A stretch of DNA of 63,154 bases, filler included, from Craspedostauros australis (taxonomy: Eukaryota): the NCBI GenBank assembly GCA_030167865.1. It is 5 parts of 5 records of this genome, joined end to end, with 100 filler letters (N's around TTAATTAATTAA, not from the genome) between each part and the next. Parts side by side here need not be neighbours in the genome. Positions count along the whole stretch, not along the records: positions 22,491 to 29,766 come from JALAGF010001421.1; positions 29,867 to 37,445 come from JALAGF010001422.1; 3 more parts are not named here. The stretch is one strand, 5' to 3'. Shown piece by piece: positions 24,481 through 36,600 of this stretch. Under the pieces are notes generated by a model, which saw only the letters and a program-made list of their open reading frames with translations, made no database searches and was not told the origin of the DNA. The position numbers and the translations under genes were made by a program. Positions within the stretch are counted from its first letter, which is position 1, and each line of letters begins with the position of its first letter.

Positions 24481-25072
24481 AGAGAAGTTCTGCATTCCAC
24501 TCACCCAGTCACGAACAGTCCCACGAGGGAGTCATAACCTGATAGAGACATTTTTTCGGGGGTGGCGAGAAATCACCCCCTCGCTGAGTGGAAATGATTT
24601 CCACTTCTGCAGCAGAAATGGAAATCGTTTCCACTCAGAGAGTCCCGGCAAAAGTGTCACTTCCACGCGGATATTTGTGATTATCCAATCAGGGAACTTT
24701 AATCGATGTCTACAGTAAATTGTATTTCTAGTTGAGTTCTTGCTTCGAAACCATGCTAGTGCTAGTATTTTCGTCGCTCACAACAGACTCAATAAACAGA
24801 TCCATAATGTACTCCAATTAGAGTATAGCCTTCAACATTGTAATAATATATTGTCAAAATCTCCATTGATCTCCACTGATCGTCCGCCAAAGACTTCCAG
24901 GTCTAAAAGATCTAGATTCTAATCAAAGCGGAATTTCATCAATGACTAGATGGACTAACTTCAGTCCTTCCACGAACCAGCAATTCTTGAGAACTCTTGT
25001 TGGCACCATGTCGTATGTGACACGTCGTCTGGGGGCCTCTGAGTGGAAATCGAAACAATGCAGAACTTCTCT
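24481..25072. mobile_element. Non-autonomous PIF/Harbinger MITE (592 bp)
   Basis: Perfect 16-bp TIRs AGAGAAGTTCTGCATT/AATGCAGAACTTCTCT and a 3-bp TSD (AGT). Both subterminal regions are homologous to the ends of the element at 38040-42377. Confidence 0.9.
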
Positions 25073-25431
25073 AGTAGGCGTCCTTCTGCTCTCCAGATGT
25101 CATGTTCCATTGGTGATGCAGTAGTCTGTCAGATGATATTGTCATCTGAGGTTTAGTTGGGAAGTACCTCGAGATTCGCTTGGTACCATACGTCTCCATT
25201 GATGGATGGACGGACGATGTTTCTAATTCTCTCAGAAATAATCGATTGCAAATTTCCTCCAGAAATTCTGCTCATTTTCATGTGTTCCATTTCCGCTGTA
25301 ATTCTGACGAATCACAGCATACTATCTACACGAATGTAGTTGTACCGTCCGAGTGCGTAAGAGAGAATAACGTGTGAACGATGCACATATACACGTACAT
25401 CTCGACATATACTCACATGTACATCTCGACA

Positions 25432-26400
25432 GCCGGCGCTGGGGATCCGCCCATACCCTTGAGGTGGACTGGGCGCCCATGCAGGCCAACTCACGACGTT
25501 GGAAGGGCGACAAACGACGCACCCTCCTTAAGCTGATGGCTGGCACCAGTGCGAGCGGCAAAAACATGCAGCGACGGCAGCAAGAGGCCTCTAACACATG
25601 CCCCCGGTGCAGCCACCCAGAAGACAACTCGCAAGTCATCATATGCCCGAGTGCATCCAGCCAGGCCATTTGGTCCAAAGGGATGCTCAAAGTGCGGTCA
25701 ATCGTGCGACCGCCCACCATGCCACCACTCGTCGCCCAATTGCTATGCACGGCCCTTGTCCGTATATCCACCAGAGGTATTTCCCCATCGGGCATCTGCG
25801 ACTCCCCTACCAAGAGCATTCAACAACAACAAGCGAAAGTAGGGTGGGCTGCCATAGTGTAGGGCTGGTGGGCTTCGGCCTGGCACGAACACGCCTCCCC
25901 CCTCCCAGTGGCCCAACACCACTGCAGACACATACCCAGACAACTCCGTGACTGGCAGGCCAGCGTGACCAACCTGCTGTGGCACACGGTGCTGGAGCAG
26001 TGAAAAACCGTAACGAAGTCAAAGCCTCGCAACTCGCTGGCGACATGGTAGCGTTGCTCCAACACCAGGCCCGCCAAATCCGGTCCGTGGAGCCAGCGCT
26101 CATTCCATCCGCACTACGACCCCTCTGGGAACAACCGCCCCTCATCCACCATACCAACGCCCTCTCTGACTGGGTCCAGGCCATGCACAATGCGCTCGGC
26201 GACGCAGGCCCTCCTCTCCCAACGGTGCTCTCCAACTGGATGCTCAATCTGCGCCGGCGAGCAACCCACGCGTCCGACTTGCCACCTCGCAGCCGCCCCC
26301 AGACTTCCCACTGCGACCCAGCGACATCCCCTAGGCACACATAGTCTCCACACGACTTCACTCCGTTCCCGCAGCGTGCTATCACGTTGAATAAACGAGG
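25432..26400 (+). pseudogene. Decayed non-LTR retrotransposon (LINE) ORF2 C-terminal fragment
   Basis: VDW…LLKLMAG…TCPRCSHPED…IICP (degenerate CCHC zinc knuckle)…QAKVGW…GWW…W…LLW…RN, with in-frame stops. The frame appears to continue on the far side of LTR-2 (about 23250-23338). Confidence 0.7.
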
Positions 26401-26567
26401 CGGAATAAAAGCACCATCGGCGCATGACGTAACAGTTATAATTTGTCTGTTATATATGATGACATCAAATGATATGACTCAACCACAGGCAGTCAGTACC
26501 AACACCAGGCCTGCCAACAAAAACATCCAACAACAAACACTCGAAGGACAACAACAAGCCGGAAATC

Positions 26568-27514
26568 TGTTGGAAATCCAGGGTTATGATAGTAGAAATC
26601 TAGTTTGTAATTAGATCGTGCCGTTCTAGAACTGTGAGCTCAATCTCATCATCTCTTTCAATTCCAAATTCATATCAGGCATCTTCCGTCACAGCATCAT
26701 GCAATACTGCTGTCTCCATGGTTGCTATCTCTGGTTGTCATCATGCGTTGCCTCATACATCGTTGTATGTATCTTGTGATGCCTGTTGGAAATCCAGGGT
26801 TATAGTTAGTAAGAATCTAAGCTGTGATTAGATTGTACCGTTTTAGAACTGTGAGCTCAATCTCATCATCTCTTTTGATGTCATTTTCATATCAGGCATC
26901 TTCCATAACAACATCTTGCAATACTGCTGTGCTCATTGTTGTCATTGTGCCCTTTCAACATGCACCATCGTGCATATCTCATGATGCCTTTCATCAGGCA
27001 TCTTCATCATGCATATCCTTTCCTCAGTTCTTGTCTACATTCATGCAGTGCGTTTCCGCAGTCATGCATCCATCTCGTCACAGGTTTCGTCTCAATCCCT
27101 TGTCGTCTTTGACTTCACCTGTTTTACGATTGATCGGTCTTGATTGGTTTTCTGAATCTTTCTTGTCGTTCAATCATACGATTGATTTTTTCCGTCAGGA
27201 GCATGTGTTTCAGTTGTTTCTGTTTCTCCAAGTGGGATATGATTCCTACCCACTGCCCCTGCGCCCTTTCTGGATATACCTCACCAACCAGAGAGGTGTC
27301 TTGTTGGCTCGGATTGGGACTCACTGTTTGCATTGTCATGGTGCTCATGTCAGAGGAGGACAACCCGTCTTTCTTGGTGTGTTTGAGTTCAGTCACGTTT
27401 GCATTGGGTCAAGGGTGTGATCAACAAGAGTCGATTTATTCAGTCGTGATTGATGTTTTGGGAAGTGCGGCAATCATGGGTATCTTGACATAGTCGTACC
27501 CTCGATTCCTGACA
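26568..27514. repeat. LTR-3 family: partial copy (26568-26783) followed by a full copy (26784-27514)
   Basis: TGTTGGAAATCCAGGGTTAT…GAACTGTGAGCTCAATCTC occurs twice. The end GTCGTACCCTCGATTCCTGACA is shared with 24434-24455. Confidence 0.85.
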
Positions 27515-28175
27515 ACTTTCATATTTATTTTAATTTTAAAATGATGCGTTGTTGAGATATAGCAGGATAAGCAGTTCCTTGAATGGTTTGGTTGTGCTCT
27601 ATTTTAGTCTATTTTAACACAACTCAACACCCACAAAACTCCACAACAAGTGTTATCGCGACCCCGTTTATCGTTCTCTGTAGGTCGTAATGTTCTCATC
27701 GTCTGCACCATCCTCCTTTGTGCCTATCCGCAACCACAAGAATAGATCGTACAGGTGCCGAAGGGAGAATTTGTCGGTATTTCCGATTCAGCCGCCAAGG
27801 AGGGTCGGACACCAGCGTCGAGGCAGTCTTTGCATCTTCTTTCGCAACTTCGGAGGTCCCAACAACGTGCTGTCATGTTGGCACCTCATCTGGGCGAGTC
27901 GATTCAGACCAACACGGATGCCCGAAAAGATGGCACCAGCTTGTGCAGCATCATCGCATGCATGCCTGTCTGCGTCTTGTGTCTGCCAGTCTGTATTTGA
28001 CTGTCTGTGTTTCTATGCGCCAGTCTCTTCTTTTTCGTCGGGAGGCATCAGCAGACACACGACACGACAGGGCATTTCACGCATGCTGCCTTCGTTGCGC
28101 GAGGGCGAGGCGGGGGCTCTGGCTGACCTATTGACTGCTCGTCTTTGATGGTTCGTGAGCCGAAGTGAACAATCT

Positions 28176-29765
28176 TCAATCCCATTCTTGCTTCAGCTTC
28201 TCCAACAGCTCATCCCACGACTTCACTTCGTCAAACAACCGATCCATGTCAACACTGCAAAATTCGCGCTTTTCGTACGCGATGCGTTGGAACGATGCTC
28301 GATGCGCCGCTTCGCCATCAGGCGAGGCGTACAACTCTGGCATCCATTTCTTCTCGATGGCAAGTGACATGTCGAGAAAGTCTTGAAGTTCAGTTTTCGT
28401 CGGGCATTTGAGCGGAAGATGAACCCTGGTCTTGTTGAGCGTTTCTCCGAAGTATTTTGCCAAATCGGTGGCCACCCCTGAGCGGATCTTGTTGGCCTGC
28501 ATCTCCGCACTTATGATGCTGCGATTGGCAGCTTCGAACACAATTCCGTTGAAGGTGTACCATTCCATGTCGCGAACGTTCTGGTGACGATCCCGCTCCT
28601 TGTTTTGCTTAGTTTTGCAGGCCTTGGGAGCATCTGGGATAGCGTCACAGAGCAGCTGCTCGCTCAGATCGCGTTGGGAATAAAGATTCATGACGTGGAC
28701 GGGGAAGCCTGCATTCCTCCACATCTGAATGGCGCCATCCATGAAGATAAAGATGCCAGCAATCGTCACCTTCTCGTGCTGGCCGTTGGGAACCGTTGTA
28801 TTGGATTCGACCCATTCCTGAATCATCTTCCAGGTGTCATCGTACGATTCCCCGCCATCAGAAGGCCATCGGCGGCACAGGGCGTCTCCCATCTGCGTCT
28901 TCATCCCGTTGTACTGCTTCATGCTGCTGAGCATCCATTCGAAGGTACGCCTGTAAGTCACGACAAAGGACACGTTCCAATCTTGCAGCACGTGCTTGAA
29001 GACCCGAAAATAGAGCGGATGAGTAAAGACCCCGCCTGCCTCCAAGAGCATCTTGTGAGACCACCGTTCGTCGCTGAGAATCAGAGACAAGCCGTCGTTT
29101 TTCAATGCGCGCAGCACCATTCTCGTGTTTTTCATGCATCGCGGGAGCGCCGGCGAATACAAGAAAGCGGAAACATCCGTGTTGCTTGAGTTCGTGGATA
29201 GTATCCGATTCTCTTCCTCTTGCAGGACGGTGGCCGAACGGGACATGCAGCTTTCGTCGAATAGATTGTTGGCGTTCCGCATCTCGAGGCCTTGGTACAA
29301 TTCTCTCGCGTGGCCTTTTCCAACGTAGGTGTAATTATCTTTGGCAAGGTCGTGGAAGGTTTGCAGATACTGCATGCGACGTTGGAGAGTCGTGGAGGCC
29401 GTCTTGGATGGTCCGACGTGGACGATGAGACGTGGCATCGTGCTCGCTGGTGCGGATGTCGCTCGTGGATGAGTAGGAGCAGCAGTGGCCGGTGCCGGTT
29501 CCATCGTGTTCATCGCCGAGACTTCGTGCACCTCAATGGGCATCCCCGCCTCCATCTCCGCGATGGGATCTTCCGGAGGAATGGAGTCGGGGCCCCAGTA
29601 CAGAATGGATGACATGAAAAACATGGATATTTGGAACAGCACGAGGAGGACGAGGAGCTTCGTCGTCGGCCGAGTCCGCTGCGGCGTGCCTTCGTTTCCA
29701 TTGCTTGGGCGATGTCCACCGACCGTTGTATTCGTTCGAATGGGATTGATTTTGTTGTTGGTGCT
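28176..29765 (-). CDS. Sulfotransferase-like P-loop protein with N-terminal TM anchor; 5'-truncated by the gap
   Basis: RLIVHVGPSKTASTTLQ (PAPS-binding loop-like), LILSDE, VVTYRR…EW.LS; TM LLVLLVLFQISMFFMSSIL. The frame stays open from 29642 up to the gap. Confidence 0.7.
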   Translation of the reverse strand, partial: STNNKINPIRTNTTVGGHRPSNGNEGTPQRTRPTTKLLVLLVLFQISMFFMSSILYWGPDSIPPEDPIAEMEAGMPIEVHEVSAMNTMEPAPATAAPTHPRATSAPASTMPRLIVHVGPSKTASTTLQRRMQYLQTFHDLAKDNYTYVGKGHARELYQGLEMRNANNLFDESCMSRSATVLQEEENRILSTNSSNTDVSAFLYSPALPRCMKNTRMVLRALKNDGLSLILSDERWSHKMLLEAGGVFTHPLYFRVFKHVLQDWNVSFVVTYRRTFEWMLSSMKQYNGMKTQMGDALCRRWPSDGGESYDDTWKMIQEWVESNTTVPNGQHEKVTIAGIFIFMDGAIQMWRNAGFPVHVMNLYSQRDLSEQLLCDAIPDAPKACKTKQNKERDRHQNVRDMEWYTFNGIVFEAANRSIISAEMQANKIRSGVATDLAKYFGETLNKTRVHLPLKCPTKTELQDFLDMSLAIEKKWMPELYASPDGEAAHRASFQRIAYEKREFCSVDMDRLFDEVKSWDELLEKLKQEWD

Positions 29766-29766
29766 G

Positions 29767-29866
29767 NNNNNNNNNNNNNNNNNNNNNNNNNNNNNNNNNN
29801 NNNNNNNNNNTTAATTAATTAANNNNNNNNNNNNNNNNNNNNNNNNNNNNNNNNNNNNNNNNNNNN
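29767..29866. other. Artificial contig-joining spacer
   Basis: N block with TTAATTAATTAA. Confidence 0.97.
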
Positions 29867-30607
29867 GTCTAGACTCGACCAGGTAGCGTCGACAATATTC
29901 GTGTCCTGGACGTTTCGTGTTTGAGAGCAACAACACAAACTCGGACACACTAAATCATGCAAGAATCCCAGCGGGGGATTTGGGACAACCTAATCTGAGA
30001 GGATCAGAACCTTCGTATGTCCGCCAACCGACATGGCATCGAGGAAGGGTAAATGGAGGTTGCGACTTATCTAAGGTGACGAGATGACCATCTGACCAGG
30101 GTAAGATGACGGAATGAGGAACCTGGGAATACATGGAACAGAGCAGCTGACGTTGACAGGATGTCATCATGTCACCACGTCGGCAGCTGTCTCAACATCC
30201 GGCAGAGAACAAGGAAGATTCGATGACCGATCGTCATCGAGTTCGTGAAAGGTCAACGAGGAGTTCAGCATGAGATGACAGCATCTACACGTGGGCGTAG
30301 TAGCGTGCTCGTGGAGGATGAGATGATGAACGACGAATCGAATGTGTAGAACAGCGTAGGAGGACTACGCGTGAGAGAAAGAGAGAGAGAGACGATGATG
30401 AGCAACATGAGAGGGAGCACCTCTGCAGCTTGCTCATAGTCGACTCAACACGGCACAGATCACCAGACAAGACGTCCAGGAGCACTGGAGTCAGCACCAA
30501 GAGCATTGGTTACTACGTAATGAAATAGCAAGAGAATTGACTATTACCACCATCACCATCTTCATCGCAAGCAACAGTAAGGGTACCTACATCGGGACTT
30601 GCCAACA
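29867..30607 (+). repeat. 5' LTR (5'-truncated; inferred full length about 784 bp)
   Basis: Matches 36947-37445 at an offset of 7080. Ends CTTGCCAACA, like the related LTR-2 family. Confidence 0.85.
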
Positions 30608-30694
30608 CGTTTATAAACGATAGATCAGGGCGAGCCCGGTATCGTGTTGTGAGGCGAAGAGAAGACAGGAGCGTTCATCGAAGCATCAGGCTGA

Positions 30695-33600
30695 ATGAGC
30701 GAGGAGAAAGGATTGAAAGACATCCCTCTCTCCGAATCGACTATCAAACAAGAGAGCGACGCGAGTGAGACTCCGTCCCAACCAACGAAGGAAGCAGGTG
30801 CGCCTACTGTCCTTTCCAGCGCAGAAGGAAGCGCGATCGACGAGACCGAAGCGGAACGGTCAGCAGCAGAAAGCGACGCGACGAGGAGGACTCTCGCGGC
30901 AGCGACAAGCGAAACATCACAGAAGGAAGTGGCGAGGAGCGCTCCCACAGCAACACCAGCAGCAAAGACGAAACAAGAAGACGTGGCGAAGAGCATTCCC
31001 ACAGCAGCAACAGCATCAAAGCCTGCATCAGAACAAGTAGCGAAGAGCATTCGCGGAGCAGCAACGGCCGTGAAGGGCGAAGACATCATCAAAGGAGATT
31101 TTGTGACGAAAACGACCTCCGCGTCAACAACACGACCGAAATTCGAAAAAGTGGAAACACCGAAAACTGCTTGGCGAACTCGTCTCACCATGGCGACATT
31201 GAACAACAAAAGACGCATCAAGGCGCCTCTCTTCAGTGGCAACCAAGAAGACTACAATGCATGGGAGTCCCAGGCGAAGGCGTACGCGCGTGCGCAGCGA
31301 ACACGAGATGTGATGTTGGGCAAGGTAAACATCCCAACAACAAGTGACATCGCGAAGGCTACCGGATCGGAGCTAGAGAAACTGGAAGAAGTCCACGAAT
31401 TGGCGGCTGACTGCTTCAGCGATCTGATCCTCATGATGGATGCAGAGAAGGGAGCAGGCAAGCAGGCCATCCAGTATATCAACCAATGCGTCAACGACGA
31501 TTACCCCGAGGGGAATCCACACGAGGCTTGGAACCTCCTTGCGGAGAAATTCAAACCGACCGACGCATCAACGAAGGTGCGACTCAAGCGCCAGTTCAAT
31601 AACGAGAAGATGAAGAAGGGATCCGATCCAGACATCTACATCACTCGACTTGAGCTCCTTCGCACCCGGCTTCAAGACGTGGGATACGACATCAGCGACG
31701 ACGAAATGGTCATGCAGATCCTGAGCACTGTGAGCAGTGAGTACAACAACCAAGTACAGAACTTCGAGTACCAAATGACACTCGACCCGACCAAGGTGAC
31801 CATCAATGCAATTCGAGGAGTCCTTCGAACAGGATACTCGACCTACCAAGGAGGGAGGGCGTACATCGACGACTTCCAAGACAACACAACAACCCACGAC
31901 ACCGGACTGGCGACCACCGGCAACTTCAAGGGCACATGCCACAACTGCGGCGTGTACGGGCACAGATCAGCAAATTGTCCCGAGCGGAAACAGGGCATCA
32001 ACAACAAATACAAAAGGAACAACAACAACAACAACCGAAACAATAACAAGGGCCGAAACAACAAAAGCAGAGGCAGCGGGTTCACAGGAAAGTGCAACTA
32101 CTGCGGAATTATCGGACACCGTGAGGCGGAGTGCCGAAAGAAGAAATTCCAAGAGAAGAAGAAGGCTGAAGAACAAGCCAACACAGTGAAGGAGGGATAC
32201 GAGAAGAGCGGCCACGAGATGGTGCTTTCTGCGAAGGACATGCCGCTCTGCATGGCAACATCCAGCTACATCGAAGACGGATTCTTCGATCACTTCACCT
32301 ACTCGGGCAGCGACGACGAAGTACAAGACGACGAGGTCGTCCCCGAGTGGCTCAGCGACGAGCCCATCATCCACGAAGTCCATCCACATCGTGAAGTCAG
32401 CTATGACTGCTGCTTCAACACCAACGACTTCGTCCATCTAGCCGGCGACGCAGCCGAGATGGGAACCGAGGCAATCGACATCGAGATCGAAGCCGCCGCC
32501 AACAGAATGGGCACATTGCCGAACAACGAGAACCCGGAGGCAGACGATGAAACAACCGGCGCCGACTCGGCACCGACTGATCCAACCAACAACGCAAGAA
32601 CAGGAATCTTCGACGAGAGTAGCGACGAAGAGAGCGAGGACGACGGACTGATCCATCCAGACGAGAGCATCGTCTATCCAACCGACGTGGAGATGCCACC
32701 AATCGATGTGTTCAGCGGAACGAGACTGTCCTACACCATTGACACCGTCCCACGACCATCAAGAGGTGCGATCCAGATGCAACGACACCTCATCCACTGT
32801 GCAGTGGAAGAAGCTGCAGCACAGCTCTACCCAGAGGATGGGGATGCGCGGGAGCGAGAGACATGGACGGAGGAAACTACCTCGACACTGGCAGGCAGCT
32901 TCTGGTCCATCGAAGAGATCCTAGCCAACGGATGGGTCACCAACCGACTGCTCGGAGACGCGGGGCGCGCGCCTCTCTCCGACATGGCCGTCCACTACAT
33001 TCTTGGCGGATGTATGCGAGTGCTACTGCGCGAGCGCCCAAGACCACCGACCTCATTCGGAGAAGAGAGCGCGTACCACATGGGTATCAGCTACCGCGAC
33101 ATGGACGATGGGGTCGAAGACCCCAACGACGAAGACTACGAGGACGATATGGCAGCAGCTGCCATCGAGGAACCCAGCGCGAAGGGCGTAATGTCCACAG
33201 ACAAGGTCAACAGAAACACATGGCTCGCGGACAGCGGAGCCTCGTGTCACATCGTGAATTCCGATGTCGCCCTCTTCAACGTGCGGCACATCAAGTCCTT
33301 CATCCAAGTGGGAGACAGCACGAAGCTGGACTCTCCCAAGATCGGGTCCATCCGCCTACACGTCAAGCAACGAGACAACACAGGCCACATCATCCGGCTC
33401 GATGATGTGAAGTACGCTCCGAAGATGTGGGTCAATTTGTTCTCCACGAACAAGGCCCTAATGAAAGGTTTCCAGATCGGGAACAACGGGATTGTGATGG
33501 ACATCATCAACGGACACGGAAAGAAGATCATCTTCGATCGTATCTTCCCGACATCCAACGGATTCATCACAGGAGTGCAGATGCATCCCATCAAGCCGCC

Positions 33601-36600
33601 GAACGACAAGGCAACAACAGCCATCACCAAGAGTCCATCCAAGACGGTCAGCGCGGCGACCTTGCACCGCATGCTCGGCCACGCGCCACTCGAGACCATG
33701 AAGCGGACAGCCGCCCAATATGGATGGAAGATCATCGGCGAGATGCCGGTGTGTCGCGACTGCGCGGTCGCGAATGCAAGAGTGAGAGACATCTCGAAGG
33801 CGCCAGTTCCACGAGCGACCCGCCGCGGCGAACGCTTCTTCATCGACATCAGTTACACTAAACATATAAGCTTCGGTGACAAACGTTACTGGACTCTGAT
33901 CGTGGACGACTGCACAGACTTCTGCTGGAGTTTCTTTCTGAAGAACAAGAGTGACCAACCAGGGTACATCCAGAGATTCGTGCAGGTGATCAAGTCACAC
34001 ACTGGTGAACAACAGATCATCTTCCGGGGTGACAACAGTGGTGAGAACAAAACCACACAAGAATCTCTCATCGATGCGGGACTGAATGCGAAATTCGAGT
34101 TCACGGCATCCAACACACCGCAACAGAACGGTAGAGTGGAACGCAAGTTTGCGTATCTCTTCACCAAGATCCGCTCCATGCTCAACGGAGCGCAACTCAA
34201 CGACGAGTATAGGCATGGCCTGTGGGCAGCAGCTGCGAGCACTGCCACCGCCATCGCTAACATCACTGTGGCCAAGAACCAGAAAGAGTCACCACACCGA
34301 AAGTTCTTCGGTAGTGATCCACAGTACTCCGATTCTCTGCGGACATTCGGAGAGGTGGGTGTTGTGAAGACCACCTACGGCGGGATCACCGCCAAACTCA
34401 AGAACAGAGGAGAAGAGATGATCTTCGTCGGATACGCATTGCAACATGCATCCGGAGTGTACAACATGTACCGACCATCGACCAAAGCATTGGTCTGCTC
34501 GCGTGACATCAAATGGCTCAACCAATCATACGGACAGTTCCGTGGCTGGGCACCAGCACCGAACATATCCAGCGAAGCAGAAACAACGGACGCAGACGGC
34601 TTCACAACCATTGGACGGAAGGGAGCAACGCCGAAGGAGGCGATGCGTCAGAGAAAGAAGGCAAGGAGAGTATCCTTCACAGACACCAACAGATACCATC
34701 TACTATCGGACAGCGACGATGAGGAAGATGAAGACGAGAGAGGACGGAGCGAATCCGGTCCTGAGGATATCGAGATCCCATCATCCGGCGACGAAGCTGA
34801 CGAGCATTTGGACGCGCCTCCACTAGCCACTCCAGAGAACACACCACCGAGGCTTCCACCGAAGAAGCCAACCAAGCGTGACATTAATAGAAGGGAGAGA
34901 ATCCGACGTCACGAAGCAAGAGGCAGGAAGGGAGAGAACGGACCCAAGCCAGGAACTGGGAGAACCAGACTTCCGAAGGCACTGCGAGACCTCGCAGACT
35001 TCAACGTCCCAGGTCGAAAGGAACGTGATGAAGAGAGCGAATCGTCATCGAATGACGAAAGTGGCGAATCAGGTGATCAACTGAGCGACGAACGCAGTGA
35101 CGAATCCAACAACGAGACGAGTGATGACAACGAAGAAGAAAACACAGACGGTGACAAAACTGAGGAAGAAGAGACAGAGGTTGTGCATCACTCCACAGAC
35201 GGTCTATACGGAATGAATGCGATCATCGCTGATACACCAGCAATCGACATCGGACTGTCGATGCAAGACCAGAAGGATGATACCGAGAAGCACATCGAAC
35301 CAACAACATTCGATGGAGCCTTCAATCATCCAGATCCCATCCATCGAAAGGGATACCGAGCAGCCATCAAGAAAGAGTTCAACTCCATGGACACACGAAA
35401 GGTGTACAGCAAGATCAAACGAGACGCCATCCCACGCGGCCGCAGGTGCTGTAAGTGCAAATGGGTCTTCAAGCTGAAGCGTGACGGCACACATCGAGCG
35501 CGGCTCGTTGCATGTGGATATTCACAGGTCGCAGGAGTAGACTTCCAAGAGCACTACTCACCCGTCATCCATGACGTGACCTACCGAGTCATGATGGTGA
35601 TCATGCTACTCAAGAAGATGGACTGCGCACTCGTCGATGTCGTAACGGCATTCCTACACGGAGACCTCGACGAGGAGATCTACATGAACTGTCCCAATGG
35701 GATGGATCATCAAGCAGACGAAGCCCTGACCCTACACAAGCCAATCTACGGGCTTGTCCAGAGCGCCAGGCAATGGTTCAAGATGTTGGTATCGACCCTC
35801 AAGAACATCCACTTCGAACAGAGCGCGGCAGATCCGTGCCTGTTCCACCGCAAGACAGATGAAGGAAGCATGATCGTGGCCATCTACGTGGACGATTGCT
35901 TCTGCTGCGGAGACGACAAGGCATTGAAGAAGTTCCTTGTGGACATCAAGTCCAGCAAGTTCAATGTGACGGTCGAACCAGGACTAGGCGACTACCTCAG
36001 TTGCAACATCGAACTGAACCATGACAAGACTAGAGCGACATTGCGTCAACCACATCTCATCCGACACCTCATCGAAGAGTTCGGGACCAAGGTTGAGAAG
36101 ATGCAACGCTATGGGACTCCGGGAACCCCGGGTCAAATCATCGTACGACCATCCGAAGATAACGGACTGCAGAAGGTCGGACCGGAAGAACATGCCGAAT
36201 ATCGCCGAGGCGTCGGTATGCTACTCTTCCTCATCAANCACTCGCGACCNGATATCGCGAACCCTGTGAGGGAACTCTCCAAGGTATTGATCGGGCCCAC
36301 CAAGGCCGCAATGAAGGAGATGTATCGGATCATCAAATACGTGATTGATACACAGCACTACGGGTTGAAGATCCACCCAGCGCGTCCAGACAACGACGGC
36401 TGGGACATGGAACTCTTTTGCGATAGCGAATATGCAGGGGACAAGAACACGAGAATCAGCGTCGGGGGATTCATCCTGTACCTGTGTCAGGTACCGATCC
36501 TTTGGCGATCCAAGGCACAGAAGGCTGTGACACTCAGCTCATCCGAAGCAGAATACGTTGCCCTTTCCGAAGCGGCAAAGGAGATCTTCTTCGTCATGCA

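Larger units (their letters stand above)
23339..25431 (-). repeat. Solo LTR (LTR-2 family), interrupted by two nested insertions
   Basis: On the minus strand it starts TGTCGAGATGTAC (25431) and ends GAACTTGCCAACA (23339). Pieces 25073-25431, 24456-24480 and 23339-23773 are collinear with the intact copy at 43805-44603. Confidence 0.88.
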
